A stretch of DNA of 14,327 bases from an uncultured Nitrososphaerales archaeon (GCA_963713605.1 CAVQMO010000007.1:1-14327), one strand, 5' to 3'. Counted from the stretch's first letter, positions 1 to 8,699 are shown. The notes: a model not told the origin generated them from the letters alone. A program made the numbers and translations.

Positions 1-359
1 GTATGTTCATGGCATTGGGTGGGTTGATTTTATTAGCCATATGGGCAGTAACAGGTACAAGTGAAATTTCAACTTTAAATAAACTCTTCTCGACTGCAAA
101 TAATCTACTGGTATCATTCTTGTTCCTTACCTTGGTATGCACTGCAGTTGGCTATGCGATATTTTATTGGCTTCTTGGATCTACTACCCCATCATTGGCA
201 AATACCTTCGCATATATTGTACCTGTAATAGCAGTATTTTTAGGTTGGGTAATACTTGGCGAATCAATCAATTCTGAAACTATAATCGCTACAGTTGTGA
301 TTTCAGCTGGAGTGGCAATGATGATAATAAGCCCAGCTCCCAAAAAAACCAACAATTAA
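1..359 (+). CDS. EamA/DMT family transporter, C-terminal part (gene starts before the window)
   Basis: Hydrophobic ORF with about 4 TM segments and the EamA C-terminal pattern 'CTAVGYAIFYWLL...ANTFAYIVPVIAVFLGWVILGESI...IIATVVISAGV'; stop TAA at 357-359. Confidence 0.88.
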   Translation, partial: MFMALGGLILLAIWAVTGTSEISTLNKLFSTANNLLVSFLFLTLVCTAVGYAIFYWLLGSTTPSLANTFAYIVPVIAVFLGWVILGESINSETIIATVVISAGVAMMIISPAPKKTNN

Positions 360-577
360 GGTACTTCACACGATGTTGAGTATTGAGATTGTTCTTGGCA
401 AGATTTTTAGATTAATTGCAATCCGCTGTCGCGCCTTTCGGGACGTGGGTTTACATAATATATGTTACTTCGTTGCTTGATTATTGTTGCTATAGTAGAC
501 TTAGATAGTTCTGTTACTATCAAGTGATTCATTGGTGACTATAGTTCTCTACAAAGGCTTCGATTATTTGACACAAA

Positions 578-606
578 TTAGAGCTAGAAGTGCATCTACG
601 TTCTAA
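578..606. repeat. Imperfect inverted repeat / hairpin between the convergent EamA and SDR genes
   Basis: TTAGAGC-TAGA-AGTGCA-TCTA-C-GTTCTAA: arms pair with one G-U and one bulged C, 6-nt loop. A second one (ACTT-A-GATAGT-TCTGTT-ACTATC-AAGT) lies at about 499-526. Confidence 0.45.
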
Positions 607-626
607 GCGGCAAAATTTCATTTTTG

Positions 627-1416
627 TCACTTAAAATGAACAGAATATTGAAAGCTTGGATAGAGGGTCATGCCACCATCAACATACAGTGTCGTACCGG
701 TGATATAACTTGCTTTGTCCGAAGCCAAAAACTCTACTGCATTTGCCACTTCTTCAGCACTCCCGATCCTTCCCATAGGTATTTGCATTAACGTTTTATG
801 CCGCGCAACTTCATTTTCATCAAGCATGACGTTCATTGGAGTTTCTATTGCTCCTGGAGCAACTGCATTTGCTCTTATATTGGATTTTGCAAGTTCCGAT
901 GCGAGTGTTTTTGTCATCATTTCGACTCCTGCTTTGGATGTTGCATATGGAATGTAGTGTGGCTTGGGTATCAATTGATGTACAGAAGTAATATTTATAA
1001 TGCAACCTCCAGTTGGATCCTGTTGATTCTCCATATGCTTTGCAGCTTCTCTGCTGCATATGAAAGGTCCTGTAAGATCTACCGCCAAGATTTTCTGCCA
1101 TAGATCTACTGTTGTTTCTTCGAGCGGTACGTCCTGCTGAACCCCTGCGTTATTTACCAAAACATCTATCCTGCCATAATTCTTGATGGTTTCTTCAATC
1201 AATCGAACACAATCGGCCTCTTTGGAGATATCGAGCTTCTATAGGAATTGAATTACAGCCTAGAGTTTTGATTTCATCAGAAACTGTCTGAGCCTCTTGC
1301 AATTTTCTAGCATTTGTGACTACTGCAAAATATTCACCAGACTTTGCAAATGCTAGAGATATGGCTTTTCCGATCCCTTTACTTGAACCTGTTACGACTC
1401 CAATTTTTTTATTCAT
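627..1416 (-). pseudogene. Glucose 1-dehydrogenase-like classical SDR with a single +1 frameshift near 1233 (may be a sequencing error)
   Basis: N-part has TGSSKGIG (TGxxxGxG); C-part has NNAG, TSVH, YATSK (YxxxK), PGAIETP and the GDH-type tail DGGMTLYPSF. Removing one base (GCT[C]GAT, position 1233) gives ...IEADISKEADCVRLIEETIK... and a 262-aa ORF. Confidence 0.9.
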
Positions 1417-1435
1417 AAGTCACAGTTGTTTATCC

Positions 1436-1460
1436 CAAATTATAACATATATAATACATA
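1436..1460. promoter_or_regulatory. Probable divergent archaeal TATA region shared by the SDR and the integrase
   Basis: TTATAA (1440-1445) lies 24-29 nt upstream of the SDR ATG (1416), as expected for a leaderless archaeal transcript; TATATAA (about 1448-1454) lies upstream of the integrase ATG at 1492. Confidence 0.45.
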
Positions 1461-1491
1461 CTTATACGTAATTGCGTCACTTCATGATCCT

Positions 1492-2374
1492 ATGAACATA
1501 CTTGTAAGCAATAGTCAAACTGATTCTCTCCTTGACAATAAAATCGAGTCTATTGCAAATGGTTTAAGACCGTATTGCAAGAAACATCTTCGCAGTATAT
1601 CAGCTAAAAATGCAGTTATCATTATTGATTACGTTATATCAATGCATACGGAGATCGGTCTTTCAGATGCCTACAGAAGGGATATCATTATTCTTCTGTG
1701 TAGGTTTTCCAATGCTAACAACCATAAGCCATTTGAACAAACAACTCGACAAGAGATCATAACTTTCCTGGACAGACTTCAGAAAACATGAGGAGGCTGA
1801 CCCTCTTCATAAATGGGTCGGGACTTACAACCTTTTTAGGGCACACATCATGCGTTTTTTCAAATGGCTTTATTACCCTGATATTCAACCAGCTGAAAGG
1901 CCCAAGCCTAGTGTAGTCGAAAATATTTTCCAACTAAAAAGAAAGGAGCAATCCGTATACAAGCCTTCAGATCTATGGACACAAGAAGATGATCTTTTAT
2001 TTCTCAGGTATTGCCCATCAAAGAGAATTAAATGCTATCATGCGATGTCAAGGGATACAGGTTGCAGGCCGCATGAGCTATTGAAACTAAGAATACGAGA
2101 TGTCGTTTTCAAGAGTGCTGATGATAAACAGTATGCCGAAGTTTTAGTGAATGGCAAGACAGGGTCTAGGCATATTCCTCTGATAAATTCACTTCCATAT
2201 ATCAAGGATTATTTGGATCAAGGGCATCCGCAACCGAATAATTCTAATGCCCCGCTATATTCTGGAGAGAGAAAGAGCCTTGGAAGAGCAATCCAATTAC
2301 AATCTATCCATACGACAAATATAACCATCTTGTTAATATCTATTATGTCATTTATAGTGATGAGCTACAGATGA
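1492..2374 (+). pseudogene. Site-specific tyrosine recombinase/integrase (Nitrososphaeraceae type), frameshifted near 1776 and C-terminally truncated near 2312
   Basis: Removing A1776 joins the two ORFs as FLDSFRKHEEADPLHKWVGTYNLFRAHIMRFFKWLYYP. Box I 'DTGCRPHELLKLRIRD' (catalytic Arg) and 'NGKTG' (catalytic Lys) are present. After 'LGRAIQLQSIHT' the frame runs into unrelated sequence, and HxxR, H/W and the Tyr nucleophile are absent. Confidence 0.88.
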
Positions 2375-2714
2375 AGTCAGATTACTACTTTCACCGGAAG
2401 AAAACAAAGCAGTACCCGTATGGTGTACATGTGTATTTATCCTGTTAAATATCATACAATATTCTGAATGTCTGGCACGAGGTGATTTATAGTCTGAATC
2501 TGCTAGAATAGCTAAGCTTCCTCCTGAATTACAAAAGTCTGAGGGGATAGTTACATGTGTGTCCTATTAATTCTTAACTCAGGAATTAAGGGGAAGTATT
2601 CGACCAGATTATTCAAAGACAAGTTCTCTTGCTAAATGTGATGTAAACTAGTAATAACTAACGGTAGCATGTTTTAGATGTATCAGAGTTGAAGCTAAAC
2701 GGATGATTTATCAT

Positions 2715-2744
2715 ATCAAATAGATAACTATTTATCTATTCGAT
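2715..2744. repeat. 13-bp-arm inverted repeat (operator- or recombination-site-like)
   Basis: ATCAAATAGATAA-CTAT-TTATCTATTCGAT, one mismatch between the arms. Confidence 0.6.
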
Positions 2745-2771
2745 GCTGAAGCACAGGAATGCTGGGAAGGA

Positions 2772-2899
2772 TCAGAATCCAATCTTAACCAACATCTTGC
2801 CAATATCTTCTCCTTTAAACAGAGCCACCCTTTAGGTGCATTTCCTAAGCCTTCAAATACTGTTTCTCTCCATTTTATTTTTCCTTCACCAATCCACGC
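2772..2899 (-). pseudogene. C-terminal fragment of an NADP-dependent oxidoreductase (PTGR/CurA-like MDR); not in the ORF track
   Basis: Manual minus-strand translation: AWIGEGKIKWRETVFEGLGNAPK/(frameshift)/VALFKGEDIGKMLVKIGF*, matching the family C-terminus 'EGKIKYRE...GLENAP.AF..LF.G.N.GK.LVKI'. Confidence 0.8.
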
Positions 2900-3126
2900 C
2901 TACAGATTTAGTATTTGCCGAATCTTGAATTTGTAAAGAAAACGGCTTGATGGGTGGGATGAGAAGATAGTGCCATTCTACCTGTCTTTACAGATGACAG
3001 AGGACAAGAACGTTACTAGTTAAGACATATCGCTTTTCACGAATGATATAAGCTTGTGATATTATCTATGTGGCACGCCAGAATCTCTTATGTGCAGGAT
3101 AACCTGATGATACCATACGGAAAGTA

Positions 3127-3267
3127 ATGGATTTCGATGAGGTAGTTAGGAAAAGAAAGATGATAAGAGAATATCAACAAGACAGTCAGATTCCGACAGA
3201 AATAATAAATAAACTACTTAAAAATGCACACAGATCACCTAGTGCTGGGCATACTCAAGTACAAGAG
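3127..3267 (+). pseudogene. Nitroreductase family protein, N-terminal 47-aa fragment
   Basis: MDFDEVVRKRKMIREY...LLKNAHRSPSAGHTQVQE carries the FMN-binding RxxxRxY and (A/S)PSAGxxQ motifs. Similarity stops at 3267; the ORF tail to 3363 is unrelated sequence. Confidence 0.85.
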
Positions 3268-3393
3268 TGCAATTCTACCATAGCTATCAGTGAGAGTAGA
3301 CTTTTTTATCCTCATGATATCCCAGCGGATCTGGTTGTTGTTCTTCTATGTCATGCGTATTGAATTCATCCTATTTCTCATTTCTATTTTCAT
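3268..3393 (-). pseudogene. moaA: Probable N-terminal stub of MoaA (GTP 3',8-cyclase)
   Basis: Minus strand reads ...MRIKKSTLTDSYGRIA then breaks at 3268. LxDxxGR is the MoaA N-terminal signature, and the stub sits directly downstream of and co-oriented with a MOSC gene. Only about 9 diagnostic residues remain. Confidence 0.45.
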
Positions 3394-3402
3394 TCACAGG
3401 AG

Positions 3403-4072
3403 TTACCTTTGACCTAACTTTTTTTCTACTCGTCTAATTTGTTCATAAAAATAGTGTTTCCATCCTTCAGGCAAAGCTTCAACTTTGACAGCACGTCGCA
3501 TTGTCTTGATATCTTCTCTGTCACTTGCGTACAATCTTACAATGTCTCCAATGCCGACTCGATTAGAATCATTCTTTATTCGTACTATTAGAATCTCCTG
3601 CACCAACCTCTCCCTCTTTTAACACTTTGAAATAAATTCCTGAACGACCACTTGCTAGAAACTTTTTGAGGACATCCATACGTCCAAATTTTACACCGAG
3701 TTTATAACATGGCATTCTAGGTTGAGTTGCAACAACCTTTGAAGATCCTATTCTAAAAATATCACCTACATTAACATCGATTTCCATCAGACCCTCTATT
3801 GTAAAGTTCTCTCCAAACATCCCATTTGGCATCTCCATGTCAGGATAAACTTTACGCCAGAATTCATAATGTTCTATCGGATATGCATATACCGCCTTAT
3901 CTGGACCACCATGAACTGTTAAATCTGCTTGTTTGTCACCATCTAGATTAAGTGTTCTTAACATTATACGTCCCTCAATAGGCTCCTTGAAAATACCTGT
4001 TGTTACCTTCTGTCCTTCAAAATCTATTTCTTTAGGGAGAGAAACATTGATAGAAAGTATTTTAGGTGTCAT
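3403..4072 (-). pseudogene. MOSC domain protein with C-terminal 3-alpha domain (YiiM-like), single +1 frameshift near 3592 (may be a sequencing error)
   Basis: Motifs TGIFKEP, GDKQADLTVHGGPDKAVYAY, FGENFT, TQPRMPCYKL (conserved Cys), SGIYFKVLKEGEVGAGD; the tail 'VEALPEGWKHYF' is in the next frame. Removing one T gives a 222-aa ORF. Confidence 0.9.
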
Positions 4073-4077
4073 TTACG

Positions 4078-4144
4078 ACCTCCATTCAATAGTTCCATTC
4101 CACTCAACATATCAAATTCTCCTTCATGCATATTTAAGTATAAA
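4078..4144 (-). promoter_or_regulatory. Shine-Dalgarno and TATA-like elements upstream of the MOSC gene
   Basis: GGAGGT (4083-4078) lies 5 nt before the ATG; TTTATACTTAAATA lies at 4144-4131. Confidence 0.5.
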
Positions 4145-4281
4145 TTACCGTATCGTACGTGTCGCCTCTTAATTCGTTCGGTAGGGTTCTGAACCATACC
4201 TGAAATATAATCTACACCTGTACGATTGTATTTATCTTCTTTCTTCTGTGTTCTTCTTGACAGACAGATTAGCGGAATGTA

Positions 4282-4315
4282 CTATTGGTTTATCAGAGTC
4301 TTGATAAAGCAATAG
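4282..4315. repeat. 34-bp palindrome with 14-bp arms and a 6-bp spacer
   Basis: CTATTGGTTTATCA-GAGTCT-TGATAAAGCAATAG with a single G/G mismatch. Another imperfect palindrome lies at 4177-4204 (TTC-GGTA-G-GGTTC-T-GAACC-A-TACC-T-GAA). Confidence 0.7.
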
Positions 4316-4794
4316 GAAATGTAGAAAAGGTAGGAAAGGTTAGTTTCGATAAGAGAGAGGATACAGAACTTTACAGTAAATTTCAAGAGCAATTGAATGA
4401 AATATTCTCAATTATATGTTTCATGATATAATATTCAGATTTTCCACTTCGGAGCATGCTAACAAGGTCATGACCAGGATTCTCAAAAAGACACGTTAAA
4501 AGTCTACCGCCTGTCCCTAATAAAGACTGCCAATCTTTGATGGCCATATGTCATCCCCAAATTACGTCAATATTTTTACCACGTCTCCCATATATCATAG
4601 TCACATAGTACAGGTGATTCAAACAAGCGATAGTATATTTATTTAGAAGTATTGCATGTATCTTACCGTATCTTGAATTCTAAGCCTTTTTCTAATTCTA
4701 CTACTTTAATTGGCTGCCTCATAATTCTGTCCATGATGATTTTATCACCACTTTACACCTTTAAGCCTAGTTTGGCTACTACCACTGCATCATA

Positions 4795-5460
4795 ATGAAG
4801 TATAAGCATATTGTACTACCTAGATTCGGTAGACCAGAGAATCTCTTACTAGCTGAGGATGAGCTTCTTGAACCACAAGCTAATGAAGTGCGTGTAAAGG
4901 TGCTTGCTGCAGGAGTGTCCTTTGCAGATATTCTTATGCGAAAAGGGGTTCATCCGGAATCTTGGAATCTTGGAAGAACACCATTTACTCCAGGATGGGA
5001 TGTTGTCGGCGTTGTTGACAAAGTAGGAGACAAAATATCAACATGGTAAGCAGGTCAGATGGTCGCTGCTTTACCAATAGTCGGAGGATATGCAGAATAT
5101 ATATTTCTGTCACCAGATGACCTGGTACCAGTCCCACCTGGACTTGATCATGCTGAGGCTGTAAGTTTAGTGTTGAATTATATCACTGCTTATCAGATGC
5201 TCCATCGTTGTACCCACATGCAACCTGGCGAAAGCATATTAATTAATGGCGGTGCTGCCGGCGGTGTTGGCACAGCACTACTCCAATTGGGGAAGCTTGC
5301 TAATCTGAAAAAAATGTATGGAACTACATCATATGAAAAAAATGGTATTGTATCTAATTTAGGTGGTATCCCTATAGATTACAAGTCAGTCGATTTAGTT
5401 CAAGAGGTTAATGATGAGATGAACTACAATGACATACATGTCCAAAAATGGAACAAATAA
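4795..5460 (+). pseudogene. Quinone oxidoreductase-like medium-chain dehydrogenase/reductase, in-frame stop at 5047-5049 and truncated near 5410
   Basis: GroES-like part (EVRVKVLAAGVSFADILMRKG, PFTPGWDVVGVVD) continues in the same frame through TAA into GGYAEY, YITAYQML and GAAGGVGTALLQLG. Similarity ends after 'IDYKSVDLVQE', so the C-terminal third is missing. Confidence 0.88.
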
Positions 5461-5925
5461 TTTCTTATGCAAGGTACTTTTACAGCAAAACTTACCACAG
5501 TCAATAAAGATGGAAGTCCACATGTTGTTCCAGTTTGGTTCGTATTAGATGAGCAAAAAAATCGAACAGCCAGGAAAATAGAAGATATTGTTTTTACTAC
5601 ATATGAAGATTCACTTAAGGCAACAAATATTCAACGCGATAATCGGGTGAGCATTTGTGTAGATGATCAGAAACCCCAGTTTTCGTTTGTAACTATTCAT
5701 GGTACCGCAAAAATAGTTCCTCAGAAATATAACACTTAATTATTAAAGTGGAATACCAGAATAGCAGAACGATATATGGGTAAGAGTAATGCAAAAGCGT
5801 ATGGGAAAAGAAATACTACTGAAGGTGTTATTCTCGTACGTGTTAAGCCTACAAAAATAATAGCGGAGAAAGATATAGCTCCCATAGGAATAATAATAAC
5901 GATGATTATCATAACATCGAAATAA
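5429..5925 (+). pseudogene. PPOX class F420-dependent oxidoreductase (pyridoxamine 5'-phosphate oxidase-like), -1 frameshift near 5462 and in-frame TAA at 5737-5739
   Basis: MTYMSK...(FL)MQGTFTAKLTTVNKDGSPHVVPVWF...KATNIQRDNRVSICVDD...FVTIHGTA; the frame continues past TAA as LLKWNTRIAERYMGKSNAKAYGKRNTTEGVILVRVKPTKIIAEKDIA to a stop at 5923-5925. Confidence 0.88.
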
Positions 5926-5930
5926 TACAA

Positions 5931-5972
5931 AATGCATTTAGGTATATATTTCATAATGCATTTAGGTATATA
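5931..5972 (+). repeat. Perfect 18-bp direct repeat (24-bp period) containing a TATA-like box
   Basis: AATGCATTTAGGTATATA at 5931-5948 and 5955-5972; the second copy ends about 25 nt before the ATG at 5998. Confidence 0.85.
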
Positions 5973-5997
5973 AGTTACCATTGATCAATTTGATGTT

Positions 5998-6404
5998 ATG
6001 AAAAGGATAATTGATATTGTATTTCCGGATTTGGATGATAAAAATGTTAGAATAGAATTAGATGATACACTTTCCCCAAAGACTTTCAAAGCGATACTTG
6101 ACAATTTGCCAATTGAAGTTAGCATCAACAAGTGGGGAGAGGACTTTATACTGACCGAACTACAATAACTGTCGAACAGGAAGATAATGCAAAGACAGAA
6201 GTTAATGAATTGGATGTTGCCTACTGGCCCGAAGGAAATGCATTGTGTTTATTTTATGGACCAACTCCCATTAGTAAGAACGGGAAAATACTGGCATACT
6301 CTCCTGTAAATATAATAGGTAAGATTTTAGATTCTTCGAATAAACACGATATTTTGAACCAGATTAAGGAACGAGCAAAGGTAAGCATTAGAGAGTCTAT
6401 CTAA
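5998..6404 (+). pseudogene. Cyclophilin-like fold protein (TM1367/AF2241-like), -1 frameshift near 6143 (may be a sequencing error)
   Basis: ATG 5998 gives MKRIIDIVFPDLDDKNVRIELDDTLSPKTFKAILDNLPIEVSINKWGE. Adding one base gives WGEELYT...DVAYWPEGNALCLFYGPTPIS...SPVNIIGKI, a 135-aa ORF with the family motifs. Confidence 0.85.
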
Positions 6405-6545
6405 TTTGTGCAATACAAAATGAAAAGCACCTTAAAGTAGCGTGAGGGAGTAGGAACCATATCTAGAGCCGACGATAAGCTTGACAGCACCAAGTATACC
6501 GACATCGTAAAGTCGTGCCAATGTCCCGCCAATTACCTGTGTTGT

Positions 6546-6823
6546 TCAAGAATCATAAACTTCAGACAAATTTCTAGTCCCAAAGAGTGGCTTCCCATTA
6601 TTTCTTGGCTTCCTATCTACGAAAATTATCTCTGGCTCATACTTTGCACTGAACGAAGCGATCTCTACCAAGATTCTTTGTACAGCCATACCTTTTTCGG
6701 TGGGGTAATATTCTGTATGCGCTGGCTTGCCGGGAATCAACTTTCTTTCAACTAGACCATATTCCTCAAGCTGTTGTAGTCTGATCGTCAAAGTTTTGGC
6801 GTTTATGCCTTCAACACAGTGCA
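6546..6823 (-). pseudogene. HxlR-family winged-helix transcriptional regulator, C-terminal part only
   Basis: [42 protein letters not shown] matches the HxlR recognition helix and wing. The annotated N-terminus (6824-6923) is only the antisense of the alcohol dehydrogenase fragment. Confidence 0.85.
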
Positions 6824-7002
6824 CTCTCATCGGGGGTATTGCCGAAACGCAAGAGATGCTTGACTTTTGCGGCAAGAATAACATCACTGCAGATGTAGAA
6901 ATCGTTCCAATCCAGAAGGTCAATGAGGCCTACGACAGACTGTCCCGTGCAGATGTGAAGTATCGATTCTCAATTGATATGGCTTCTCTCAAATCACAGT
7001 AA
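6824..7002 (+). pseudogene. NAD(P)-dependent zinc alcohol dehydrogenase (cinnamyl ADH/YahK-like), C-terminal fragment of about 58 aa
   Basis: [55 protein letters not shown] is the conserved CAD/YahK C-terminus; there is no upstream similarity. Confidence 0.9.
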
Positions 7003-7028
7003 CACACTACGATGGTTTACTTCTCCCC

Positions 7029-7041
7029 TTTTGTTTTTTTT
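7029..7041 (+). terminator. Oligo-T archaeal-type terminator candidate
   Basis: TTTTGTTTTTTTT about 27 nt after the ADH fragment stop codon. Confidence 0.45.
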
Positions 7042-7291
7042 ACTAGAATCGGAAGTATCAATAGCTTTTAGTTTGCGAGTGTTACTGGTTATGATGATCA
7101 ATCTGTCCATCCATCGGCATAGTTTACTATTCATGAGCAAGATAAAGTTACCTCTCATACCATTAATTACAAGAATGGAATATGGAATGAGTGACAACTG
7201 TTCTCGATCTAACATCGCTATAGATACCATTTTTGAAGACCGCTATGCTAGATGAGCTGACCATCATCATATTTTCCAATCTGGCAAAGGA

Positions 7292-8100
7292 TTAAACTGT
7301 TGGAATCGTACCTCCATCGATTACATACTCGCTTCCATTGATTGACAAAGCTCTATCCGATACTAGAAACGCGACAAGTTCGGCTACCTCTTCAGGACGC
7401 CCAGGACGACCGATAGGAATACCGCCAAGGGATTTCATTAATTCTTGGCGTGTGGTTTCCATATCAGTTCCAGCTTGTTTTGCTAAACGTTCTATGAGCC
7501 CTTGAGCCGCAGATGTTTCAATGAATCCAGGAGCAACGGTATTGACACGAACTCCTTTAGGAGCTACTTCGTTTGATAATCCCTTGCTGTAAGTTGTTAA
7601 TGCAGCCTTTGCAGCTGCATAAGCCAATGTTGCTTCATATAAGGGAAGCCTTCGTTGAATCGATGATATATGAATAATCGCACCTAACCCTTGCTTGATC
7701 ATCGCTGGTAGTAACCCTTTATCCAATCGAACAGCTGCCAGAAGGTTTATGTTCAGCTCTTTTTGCCACTCCTCATCGGTTAAGACGCTAAAGCCTCCGC
7801 TTGGGGCAGACGATGCTCCGAGAACATTCACAAGAATATCCACTCTACCAAACTGAGAAATGACATCATTGATCACTTTTGTGCATCCTTCGGATGTGCT
7901 GAGGTCTGCTTGAATAAATACAAGATCTCGTTTTTTATCATCATCATTATCATGCGTCATCTTGGTGCCGTCGTAATGACGTTGGCTCCTCCGTCGAGAA
8001 ATCGGTCTACTATAGCTTTGCCTATCCCTGCAGTTCCTCCAGTGACAAGAGCGCGCCTTCCACTAAACTCGTTTGCAATAAATGGGAACTTGGTTGGCAT
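7292..8100 (-). pseudogene. Short-chain dehydrogenase/reductase (PRK06523-like), -1 frameshift near 7964 (may be a sequencing error)
   Basis: ATG 8100 gives MPTKFPFIANEFSGRRALVTGGTAGIGKAIVDRFLDGGANVITTA. Restoring one base (GCA C[G]C AAG ATG) joins it to VDILVNVLGASSAPSGGF...SSIQRRLP...YAAAK...VIDGGTIPTV, 269 aa. Confidence 0.9.
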
Positions 8101-8329
8101 AACGATTCTTAGTTAGCATTCATTTTGAACCTTTCTATTCCAGCTTTATATTGGCCAAATCCAAATTTAGATCGATAGATATCATAACAGAACGAATTGA
8201 AACCGGTTTGTCTACTTAGAATATCCCTAGTCCACCCCGGTCAAACCGCCCTTATTTTCTTTGCTCCTTTATGAAGATTATGTGGCCTATAACTTGTCAA
8301 AGGTATCTAAGGTTCATTCTTATTTGTAA

Positions 8330-8699
8330 TCATTCGTTTTCGTTGCTATTTTCATCCTCATTATTATTATTGTCACCGTTCCCATTTGCATCATCCTCTG
8401 CATCCTGATCTTCGGCTCCCGATTCACTCTCATCGGTAACTGGGGGAGTAACAGTGTCCTGAGGCAATATTCCTTCGCCTGCAGGCAATATTCTGTATAA
8501 GCTTCCTTGTTTCTCGATTAAAGGTAAGAATGTACAAATTACCATCAGGACCAGTCTCTATATCATTGATTCCCATGAAACCCGTCTCAAATGTAACAGC
8601 TGATATTTCGTCGTCACTATCTGCGATTAGATCACTTAACAAGGGATCATTTTCCAAATTTATGCCAGTTCTATCAGCAGTTGGTTCAAAGTAGAAAAG
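8330..8699 (-). pseudogene. PQQ-dependent (glucose/sorbosone) sugar dehydrogenase, C-terminal fragment with an acidic Asp/Glu/Asn tail, frameshift near 8511
   Basis: LFYFEPTADRTGINL...LSDLIADSDDE...FETGFMGINDIETGPDGNLYILTF/(shift)/QGSLYRI matches the last GSDH propeller blade (DIxxGPDGxLY...GxLYRI); the N-terminal blades are absent. Confidence 0.8.

Noticed and set aside
578..589. TTAGAGCTAGAA matches part of the SpCas9 sgRNA scaffold start
   Set aside because: Only 12 nt match, the rest of the scaffold is absent, and there are no repeats or cas genes; chance.
4795..5925. Stop-codon reassignment or readthrough at the in-frame TAA codons
   Set aside because: TAA terminates normal genes in the window, and both affected genes carry additional lesions (truncation, frameshift).
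6546..7002. Apparent overlapping full-length genes (125-aa and 91-aa ORFs) as a functional antisense pair
   Set aside because: Each ORF's N-terminal part is just the antisense of the other fragment; they are two 5'-deleted remnants.
6974..7255. Overlapping ORFs 6974-7255 (+) and 6994-7230 (-)
   Set aside because: No recognisable motif, and they span a poly-T terminator-like tract; not supportable as genes without a search.
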